A stretch of 64,000 nucleotides of DNA from Eledone cirrhosa (lineage: Eukaryota): positions 404,116,001-404,180,000 of the forward strand of contig OZ024741.1 of NCBI GenBank assembly GCA_964016885.1, written 5' to 3'. A program made the translations under genes and the position numbers. The notes below the pieces were generated by a model. The model was not told where the DNA came from. It saw only the letters and a list, made by a program, of their open reading frames with translations, and did not search any database. This document shows, one piece after another, positions 53,420-64,000 of the stretch (position 1 is the stretch's first letter; every line of letters begins with the position of its first letter).

Positions 53420-53617
53420 TAAAGGAATTGTGGTAAGGAACCAGATGGACCATAACGCACCAGAGTACTCAATACTTAGGGTAGTAGAGTGGGTAATAGG
53501 AAAAAGTATGACCCCGACGCTAGAGCTCAAACCGTTTCGACGGCTATTTCTGGACTATTTCAGTCCAGAAATAGCCGTCGAAACGGCTTGAGCTCTGCCG
53601 TCGGGGTCATACTTTTT

Positions 53618-53621
<4 letters not shown>
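53420..53621 (-). mobile_element. Family A hairpin-plus-tail element
   Basis: Tail plus palindrome centred on ggact-atttc-agtcc; ends tttttccta then (TA)n. Confidence 0.82.
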
Positions 53622-53666
<45 letters not shown>

Positions 53667-53686
53667 ATAATAATAAGTGCGAAGAT

Positions 53687-53730
<44 letters not shown>

Positions 53731-54194
53731 TGATTATATACAACAATAAAAAGGCATGAAAGTGACGAGAGAGGTAGGGAGGGAGGAGTGTAAGGTGTAG
53801 TAAATCAATAAATGCTACAATTATTATTCTGCAACTCAATCACACGTCCGTCTTCCCAACCTCTTCAATATCATATGACTCATCTATACTGGGGCCGGTA
53901 TAGATGTGTTGTTATCCCACAACCTGTCACAAGATACATGTTTACAGTCGGTATATATATCTGTTATGGGCTTCCATTAGCTTCTGTCTTAACTGTATTC
54001 ATTCATTAGTTTGAAGGAGATTACTGCCAGATCACATCATCATCATCATCATCATCAACAACAACAACGTTTCCTCTCCCTCATACGCCTCATATTTTCT
54101 CTATATGTCTATCCTTCCTCTTGTTTTCATTCCAGTGCCTCTACTACTATTTCATTTCTTCTTTTCCACTTCTGCCTCAGAGGGGATGTTGTCA

Positions 54195-54700
54195 GCGAAG
54201 CAACAAGGCAACTAGACAACAAGGCAACTTGGCTACAAGGCAAAAAGGTAACTAAGCAACAGGACAATATGGGTACAATAACAAGGCAACAGAACAAAAA
54301 AGCAACGAAGCAACGAGGTGACAAAGCTACAAGGCAGCTACGCAATTATACAACTTGGCTACAAAGCAACTAGGCAGCTAGGCAACAAGGCAATTAAGCA
54401 TCAATGCAACTACGCAACAAGGCAACTACGCAACAAGGCAACTAGGCAACAAGGCAACTAGGCAACTAGGCTTCTAGGCTACAAAGCAACTAGGCAACAA
54501 GACAATTAAGCATCAATGCAACTACGCAACATGGCAACAAAAAATAAGGCAACTAGGCAACAAGGCAATTACGCATCAATGCAACTACGCAACAAGGCAA
54601 CAAGACAAGGCAACTAGGCAACAAGTTAACAAGGCAACTAATCAACAAGGCAACAAGTTAATAAGGCAACAGAACAACAAAGTAGCAAAACAACAAAAAA
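54195..54700. repeat. Degenerate 8-bp minisatellite (GGCAACAA/GGCAACTA)
   Basis: Alternating gcaacaag/gcaactag units, with gcatcaatgcaactacgc three times. Confidence 0.8.
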
Positions 54701-55077
54701 ACAAAACAAAAAACAACGAAACTATAATGTAATAAAAACGTGATCAGAAAGATGGCTGTTTTCTTCCCATTGATGTTTTTCTATTTGCCAAATTTCTCCT
54801 GTACTTGTTAATAAAATATATGCAAACGAAGAAGATAGCTTCTACATCACATCATAACATACTAGAAAAGAAACCCGAATTTGCATTAAATTTGCATTTC
54901 CAGATCAAAGTCAAGGACTTCTTTTGCGATGGAATAGAAAGATAATACAACGATTTAATAAAAGTCCTCAGGTAAAATTTGGTTGTATTGAAATATTGAA
55001 ATAGAATTATATTTTTCAATTTCATTTCTATTCCCATTTAGACCAAGAGGTTTTGGAACCTCCCTCATATATATATG

Positions 55078-55181
<104 letters not shown>

Positions 55182-55279
55182 TAAGTATGTTTTGAAACAG
55201 TGACCAGGTTTGAAATTAGAAAATAGAATAGCTTTCACCGTATTTTAACTTAGGGTGAAGACATATATATATTCGTATA

Positions 55280-55314
<35 letters not shown>

Positions 55315-55355
55315 GTACATATATAAATATATATATAATAATAATAATAATTATA

Positions 55356-55702
55356 TAGGAAAAGAGTCAAGACCCCGACGGCAGAGCTCAAGTCGTTTCG
55401 ACGGCTATTTCTAGACTAAATTAAATTTTTAGCATGATGCTGATATAGCCGAACTCTTCAAGGTGTAATTCCATATATAGGCATGCGTTGATCGCGATTA
55501 TCGCATGCCTATATATGGAATGAAGAGTTCGGCTATATCCGCACCATGCTAAAAGTGTTATTTAGTCCAGAAATAGCCGCCGAAACGGCTTGAGCTCTGC
55601 CGTCGGGTTCTTGACTCTTTTCCTATTACCCACTCTACTACCCAAAGTATCGAATACTCTGGTGCGTTATAGTCCACCTGGTTCCTTACCACACTTCCTT
55701 CG
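55356..55702 (+). mobile_element. Longest family A foldback, exposing a complete hammerhead
   Basis: Arms 55356-55487 and 55502-55625. The minus strand of the left arm reads acacc TTGAAGA gttcggctat...atagccgtc GAAAC gac-ttgagctct-gcc GTC ggggt. Confidence 0.82.
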
Positions 55703-55729
55703 TTGTGTATATATATATATATGAGTGTA

Positions 55730-56527
55730 TGCGTGTGCGTGTATGTGGTGTATGTGGTGTGTGGTGTGTGGTGTGTGTGGTGTGTGTGGTGTGTGTGCGT
55801 GTGTGGTGTCTGGTGTGTGGTGTGTGGTGTGTGTGCGTGTGTGGTATGTGGTGTATGTGGTGTGTGGTGTGTGGTGTGTGTGCGTGTGTGGTATGTGGTG
55901 TATGTGGTGTGTGGTGTGTGGTGTGTGTGTGGTGTGTGGTGTGTGTGCGTGTGTGGTATTTTGTGTATGTGGTGTGTGGTGTGTGTGTGGTGTGTGGTGT
56001 GTGTGCGTGTGTGGTATGTGGTGTATGTGGTGTGTGGTGTGTGTGGTGTGGTGTGTGTGGTGTGTGTGCGTGTGTGGTGTGTGGTGTATGTGGTGTGTGG
56101 TGTGTGGTGTGTGTGGTGTGTGGTGTGTGTGCGTGTGTGGTATGTGGTGTATGTGGTGTGTGGTGTGTGGTGTGTGTGCGTGTGTGGTATGTGGTGTGTG
56201 GTGTGTGGTGTGTGTGGTGTGTGGTGTGTGTGCGTGTGTGGTATGTGGTGTATGTGGTGTGTGGTGTGTGGTGTGTGTGCGTGTGTGGTATGTGGTGTGT
56301 GGTGTGTGTGGTGTGGTGTGTGTGGTGTGTGTGCGTGTGTGGTGTGTGGTGTATGTGGTGTGTGGTGTGTGTGGTGTGTGGTGTGTGTGCGTGTGTGGTA
56401 TGTGGTGTGTGTGGTGTGTGGTGTGTGGTGTGTGTGCGTGTGTGGTATGTGGTGTGTGGTGTGTGGTGTGTGTGGTGTGTGGTGTGTGGTGTGTGGTGTG
56501 TGTGGTGTGTGGTGTGTGTGCGTGTGT
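55730..56527. repeat. (GTGTG)n compound microsatellite with a larger recurring unit
   Basis: tgtgg pentamers punctuated by gtgtgtgcgtgtgtggtat roughly every 45-60 bp. Confidence 0.9.
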
Positions 56528-57014
56528 ATACAGTTTATTCAAAATACAAATGACTTCTATATGACTGCTTCCTTTTCCAGCGCGTCTCCTTTGCCGTCCA
56601 CCGGGGAAACGCCTCCTCCATTCTGTCCGCCGGGGCTGTGGGGAGGCCACCAATATGATTGACTGACTTGTCATGTTATCAGTCAGATGTTTCTAGACCT
56701 TACTAGTAGGTCTTTTGGTTGACAGCAGCTTATTACATAGATTAACAATGTCAAAGGGGCCATAACATATAGTACGTATGTATATTTGCTAGTCCACCAC
56801 CTACCGATCCCTCTCTCTATGTTAATTAACACCAAACACTCCCCCTCGCTATATCTAATACACAAAACTCTCTTTCATTATCGCAAGTCCATCGGGAATG
56901 AAACAGCTTCAGTCTTGGAGATTCATTTCTATCTGAGATTTATTATCAACGATTTCTACTCATTTTTTAGTACCTTATTTAATAGTGTTAATATGTTATT
57001 TTGTTATTTTGACT

Positions 57015-57795
57015 GTCTATGTGTGTGTGTGTGTGTGTGTGCATGTGTGTGTGTGTCTGTGTAAATGTGTGTATATGTGTATACGTGTGTGTGTGTGCGT
57101 TTGTCTGTGTCTATGTGTGTTTCTGTGTTTATGTGTATGTGTGTGTTTATGCGTGTGTGTCTGTGTGTATGGGTGTGTATATGTGTGACTGTGTGTGTGT
57201 ATGTGTATGTGTGTGTCTGTAGTGTATGTGTGTGACTGGGTGGCTGTGTGTGTCTGTGTGTATGTGTGTGTCTGTGTGCATCTTTGTGTATGCGTGCATG
57301 TTTGTGTCTGTGTGCATGTGTGTGTCTTTGTGTCTGTGTGTGACTGTGTGCATATGTGTGACTGTGTGTATGTGTGTGTATGTGTGTGTATGTGTGTATG
57401 TGTGTGTCGGTGTGTGTCTGTGTGTATGTGTGTGAATGTGTGTCTGTGTATGACTGTGTGTATATGTGCGTGTCTGTGTGTATGTGTCTGTCTGTAAGTG
57501 TGCATGTGTGTGTATGTCTGTCTCTGTGTGTGTGTCTGTGTGTATGGGTGTGACTGTGTGTCTGTGTGTGACTGTGTGTATATGTGTGTCTCTGTGTGTA
57601 TGTGTTTGTCTGTAAGTGTGTGTATGTGTGTCTGTGTGTATGTGTGTGTCTGTGTATATGTGTTTCTCTGTGTGTATGTGTCTGTCTGTAAGTGTGCCTG
57701 TGTGTGTATGTGTGTGTCTGTGTGTATGTGTGTATGTGTGTGACTGTGTGTATGTGTGACTGTTGGTATATGTGTGTGTTTATGTCTATATTCCA
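57015..57795. repeat. Degenerate (GT)n low-complexity tract
   Basis: Direct inspection. Confidence 0.9.
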
Positions 57796-57983
57796 CTATG
57801 TTTATGTGTGTCTGTCCTAGAAGGTATATAGACATAATCTTGACATTAACTCACTACAATGAATGTCTTCTTTTTATAATATTCCCACATTTCACAGCTC
57901 TCCATGTATTACCCACCTTTTCTCACTTACGATGATCGGTTCACATCATTTGCACGGATTAAACATTACATCGTATAAACGGC

Positions 57984-60900
57984 CCACTCCCTCCTTAACC
58001 AGCCTCACGCTACCACCATTCCCTCCTTAGCCAGCCTCACACTACCACCATTCCCTCCTTAGCCAGTCTCACACTACCACTACTCCCTCCTTAGCCAGCC
58101 TCACACTACCACCATTCCCTCCTTAGCCAGCCTCACACTACCACCATTCCCTACTTAACCAGCCTCACACTACCACCACTCCCTCCTTAGCCAGCCTCAC
58201 ATTACCACCATTCCCTCCTTAACCAGCCTCACACTACCACCATTCCCTCCTTAACCAGCCTCACACTACCACCATTCCCTCCTTAACCAGCCTCACACTA
58301 CCACCATCCCCTCCTTAGCCAGCCTCGCGCTACCATCATTCCCTCCTTAACCAGCCTCACACTACCACCACTCCCTCCTTATCCAGCCTCACACTACCAT
58401 CATTCCCTCCTTAGCCAGCCTCACACTACCACCATTCCCTCCTTAACCAGCCTCACGCTATACCATTCCCTCCTTAGCCTGCCTCACACTACCACCACTC
58501 CCTCCTTAGCCAGCCTCACACTACCACCATTCCCTCCTTAGTCAGCCTCACACTACCACCATTCCCTCCTTAGCCAGCCTCACACTACCACCATTCCCTA
58601 TTTGCCAGCCTCACACAACCACCATTCCCTCCTTAACCAGCCTCACGTACCACCATACCCTCCTTAACCAGCCTCACACTACCACCATTCCCTATTTAGC
58701 CAGCCTCAATTTACCACCACACACTCCTTAATCAGCCTCACACTACCACCATTCCCTCCTTTACCAGCCTCACACTACCACCATTCCCTCCCTAACCAGC
58801 CTCACACTACCACCATTCCCACCTTAACCAGCCTCACGGTTCCATCATTCCCTCCTTAACCAGCCTCACACTACCACCATTCCCTCATTAACCAGCCTCA
58901 CACTACCACCATTCCCTCCTTAACCAGCCTCACACTACCACCACTCCCTCCTAAACCAGCCTCACACTACAACCAGTCCCTCCTTAGCCTGACTCACACT
59001 ACCACCATTCCCTCCTTAACCAGCCTCACACTACCACCATTCCCTCATTAACCAGCCTCACACTACCACCATTCCCTCCTTAACCAGTCACACACTACCA
59101 CCAGTCATTCCTTAGCCGGCCTCACTCTACCACCATTCCCTCCTTAAAGAAACTCGCGCTACCACCATTCCCACCTTAACCAAACTCACACTACCACCAC
59201 TCCCTCCTTAACCAGCCTCACACTACCATCAATCCTTCCGTAACCAGCCTCACACAACCACCACTCCCTCCTTAACCAAACTCACGCAACCACCACTCCC
59301 TCAGTAACCAGCCTCTCACTAGCACCATTCCCTCCTTAACCAGCCTCACGCTAGCACCACTCCCTCATTAACCAACTTCACACTACCACCACTCCCTCAT
59401 TAACCAGGCTCACGCTACCACCATTCCCTGCATAGCCACACTCATATTACCACCAATCCCTCCTTAACCAGCCTCACACTACCATCCATCCCTCATTAAC
59501 CAGCCACACACTACCACCACTCCCTCATTGACCAGCCTCACACTCCCACCATTCCCTCCTTAGCCAGCCTCACACTACCACCATTCCCTGCTTAGCCATA
59601 CTCACACTACCACCATTCCCTCCACAGCCATCCTCACACTACCACCATTCCCTCTTTAGCCAGCCTCTCATTACCACCACTACCTCCTTAGTCAGCCTCA
59701 CACTACCACACCTCCCTCCTTAGCCAGCCTCACACTACCACCACTAACTACTTAACCAGCCTCACACTACCACCATTCCCTCCTTAGCCACCCTCACACT
59801 ACCACCACTCCCTCCTTAGCCAGCCTCACACTACCACCATTCCCTCCTTAGCCAGACTCACACAACCACCACTCCCTCCTTAGCCAGCCTCACACTACCA
59901 CCACTCCCTCCTTAACCAGCCTCACCCTACCACCGTTCCCTCCTTAGCCAGCCTCACACTACCACCATTCCCTCCTTAGCAAGCCTCACACTACCACCAT
60001 TCCCTCCTTAGCAAGCCTCACACTACCACCATTCCCCCCTTAGCCACCCTCACACTACCACCACTCCCTCCTTAGCAAGCCTCACAATACCACCATTCCC
60101 TCCTTAGCCAGCCTCACACTACCACCATTCCTTCCTTAACCACCCTCACACTACCACCATTCCTCCTTAGCCACCCTCACACTACCAGCACACCCTCCTT
60201 AGCCAGCCTCACACTACCACCATTCCCTCCTTACCCAGCCTCACACTACCACCATTCCTTCCTTAACCACCCTCACACTACCACCATTCCTCCTTAGCCA
60301 CCCTCACACTACGACCACTCCCTCCTTAGCCAGCCTCACACTACCACCATTCTCTTCTTAGCCAGCCTCACACTACCACCATTCCTTCCTTAACCACCCT
60401 CACACTACCACCATTCCTCCTTAGCCAGCCTCACACTACCACCATTACCTCCTTAGCCAGCCTCACACTACCACAATTCCCTTCTTAGCAACCCTCACAC
60501 TACCACCATTACCTCCTTAGCGACCCTCACACTACCTCCATTCCCTCCTTAACCAGTCTCACACTACCACCATTCCTTCCTTAGCCAGCCTCACACTACC
60601 ACCATTCCCTCCTTAACCAGCCTCACACTACCACCACTCCCTCCTTAACCAGAGTCACACTACCACCATTCCCTCCTTAACCAGCCTCACACTACCACCA
60701 TTCCCTCCTTAACTACCCTCACACTACCACCATTCCCTACTTAGCCAGCCTCACACTACCACCATTCCCTCCTTAACTACCCTCACACTACCACCATTCC
60801 CTCCCTAGCCAGCCTCACACTACCACCATTCCCTCCTTAGCCAGCCTCACACTACCACCATTCCCTCCTTAGCCAGCCTCACCCTACCACCATTCCCTCC

Positions 60901-63900
60901 TTAACCAGCCTCACACTACCAGCATTCCCTCCATAGCCAGCCTCACACTACCACCATTCCCTCCTTAACCACCCTCACACTACCACCATTCCCTCCTTAA
61001 CCAGCCTCACACTACCACCATTCCCTCCTTAACTACCCTCACACTACCACCATTCCCTACTTAGCCAGCCTCACACTACCACCATTCCCTCCTTAACTAC
61101 CCTCACACTACCACCATTCCCTCCCTAGCCAGCCTCACACTACCACCATTCCCTCCTTAGCCAGCCTCACACTACCACCATTCCCTCCTTAGCCAGCCTC
61201 ACCCTACCACCATTCCCTCCTTAACCAGCCTCACACTACCAGCATTCCCTCCATAGCCAGCCTCACACTACCACCATTCCCTCCTTAACCACCCTCACAC
61301 TACCACCATTCCCTCCTTAGCCAGCCTCACATATACCACCACTCCCTCCTTAGCCAGCCTCTCACTACCACCATTCCCTCCTTAACCAGCCTCACATAAC
61401 CACTATTCCCTCCTTAGCAAGCCTCACACTACCACCATTCCCTCCTTAGCCACCCTCACACTACCACTATTCCCTCCTTAGCCAGCCTCACACTACCACC
61501 ATTCCCTCCTTAGCCAGCCTCAGACTACCACCATGCCCTCCTTAGCCACCCTCACACTACCACTATTCCCTCCTTAGCCACCCTCACACTACCACCATTC
61601 CCTCCTTAGCCAGCCTCAGACTACCACCATGCCCTCCTTAGCCACCCTCACACTACCACTATTCCCTCCTTAGCCACCCTCACACTACCACCATTCCCTC
61701 CTTAGCCAGCCTCAGACTACCACCATGCCCTCCTTAGCCACCCTCACACTACCACTATTCCCTCCTTAGCCACCCTCACACTACCACCACTCCCTCCTTA
61801 GCCAGCCTCAGACTACCACCATGCCCTCCTTAGCCACCCTCACACTACCACTATTCCCTCCTTAGCCACCCTCACACTACCACCATTCCCTCCTTAGCCA
61901 GCCTCAGACTACCACCATGCCCTCCTTAGCCACCTTCACACTACCACTATTCCCTCCTTAACCAGCCTCACACTACCACCACTACCTCCTTAACCAGCCT
62001 CACACTACCACCATTCCCTCCTTAACCAGCCTCACACTAGCACCATTCCCTCCTTAGCCATCCTCACACTACCACCATTCCCTCCTTAACCATCCTCACA
62101 CTACCACCATTCCCTCCTTAACCAGCCTCACACTACCACCACACTCTCCTTAGCCAGCCTCACGCTACCACCATTCCCTCCTTAACCAGCCTCACACTAG
62201 CACCATTCCCTCCTTAGCCATCCTCACACTACCACAATTCCCTCCTTAACCAGCCTCACACTACCACAATTCCCTCCTTAACCAGCCTCACACTACCACC
62301 ATTCCCTCCTCATCCAGCCTCACACTACCACCATTCCCTCCTTAGCCAGCCCCACACTACCACCACTCCCTCTTTAGCCAGACTCACACTACCACCAATC
62401 CCTCCTTAGTCAGTCTCACGCTCGCACCATTCCCTCCTCAGCCACCCTCACGCTACCACCATTCTCTCCTTAGCCAGCCTCACACTACCACCACTCTCTC
62501 CTTAGCCAGCCTCACACTACCACCATTCCTTCCTTTGCCACCCTCACGCTACCGCCATTCCCTCCTTAGCAACTCTCACACTACCATCATTCCTCTCTTA
62601 GCCAGCCTCACACTACCACCACTCCCTCCTTAGCCAGCCTCACACTACCACCATTCCCTCTTTAGCCAGCCTTACACTACCACCATTCCCTCCATAGCCA
62701 GACTCACACTACCACCATTCTCTTCTTAGCCAGCCTCACACTACCACCATTCCCTCCTTAACCAGCCTCACACTACCACTACTCCCTCATTAACCAGCCT
62801 CACACTACCACCAGTCCCTCCTTATCCACCTTAACGCTACCACTATTCCCTCCTTAAACATCCTCACGCTACCACCATTCCCTCCTTAGCCAGCCTCACG
62901 CTACCACCATTCACTCCTTAGCCAGCCTCACACTACCTCCATTCCTTCCTTAGCCAGATCCACACTACCACCACTCCCTCCTTAGCCAGCCTCACACTAC
63001 CACCATTCTCTCCTTAGCCAGCCTTACACTACCACCATTCACTCCTTAGCCAGCCTCACACTACCACCATTCTCTCCTTAGCCAGCCTCACACTACCACT
63101 ATTCCCTCCTTAAACAGCCTCACGCTACCACCATTCACTCCTTAGCCAGCCTCACACTACCACCACTCCCTCCTTAACCAGCCTCACACTACCTCCATTC
63201 CTTCCTTAGCCAGACCCACACTACCACCACCCCCTCCTTAGCCAGATTCACACTACCACCATTCTCTCCTTAAAAACCCTCACACTACCACCACGCGCTC
63301 CTTAGCCAGCCTCACACTACCACCATTCCTTCCTTAGCCAGCCTCACACTACCACCACTCCCTCCTTAGCCAGCCTCACACTACCACCATTCGCTCCTTA
63401 GCCAGCCTCACATTACCACCATTCCCTCCTTAGCCACCCTCACACTACCACCATTCCCTCCTTAGCCAGCCTCACACTACCACCATTCCCTCCTTAGACA
63501 GCCCCACATATAGCACCACTCCCTCCTTAGCCAGCCTCACACTACCACCATTCCCTCCTTAGCCAGCCTCACACTACCACCATTCCCTCCTTAGCCAGCC
63601 TCACACTACCACCATTCCCTCCTTAGCCAGCCTCACGCTACCACCATTCTCTCCTTAGCCAGATTCACACTACCACCATTCCCTCCTTAACCACCCTCAC
63701 ACTACCTCCATTCCCTCCTTAGCCAGCCTCACACTACCACCATTCCCTCCTTAGCCAGCCTCACACTACCACCATTCCCTCCTTAGCCAGCCTCACGCTA
63801 CCACCATTCCCTCCTTAGCCAGATTCACACTACTACCATTCCCTCCTTAACCAGACTCACACTACCATCATTCACTCCTTAAAAACCCTCACACTGCCAC

Positions 63901-64000
63901 CACTACGTCCTTAGCCAGCCTCACGCTACCACCATTCCCTCCTTAGCCAGCCTCACACTACCACCATTCCCTCCTTAGCCAATGTCACACTACTACCATT
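57984..64000. repeat. 32-bp C-rich minisatellite array (~188 units; continues past the window end)
   Basis: Unit ccattccctcctta(g/a)ccagcctcacactacca; the period is shown by ccctccttag at 58021 and 58053. Confidence 0.95.

Noticed and set aside
57984-64000. Telomeric repeat, or a derivative of the 45-bp unit
   Set aside because: No (TTAGGG)n; similarity to the 45-mer is limited to short words such as tggtgg and gaggg.

Overview
AT-rich, microsatellite-dense, almost entirely repetitive eukaryotic DNA. SINE motifs and (TA)n/(CA)n load suggest an octopus or other cephalopod (inference). No credible host protein-coding gene is visible, and nearly all long ORFs are repeat artefacts. Four components dominate. 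(1) About 20 copies of a tRNA-derived SINE with a Nin-like central domain. Its first ~45 nt (the A-box half) are tandemly amplified into two satellite arrays (~48 and ~238 units, with higher-order repeats), each ending in a single SINE body. (2) Many 3' remnants of Penelope-like elements (PLEs) sitting in (TA)n tracts, as foldbacks with a one-sided tail; roughly 18 hammerhead-ribozyme-like motifs were read by eye, including a U3-A8 compensatory core variant, plus GIY-YIG endonuclease fragments. (3) RTE-type LINE fragments and CORE-like SINEs. (4) A 32-bp C-rich minisatellite over the last 6 kb. All calls were made by eye; coordinates of degenerate repeats are approximate.
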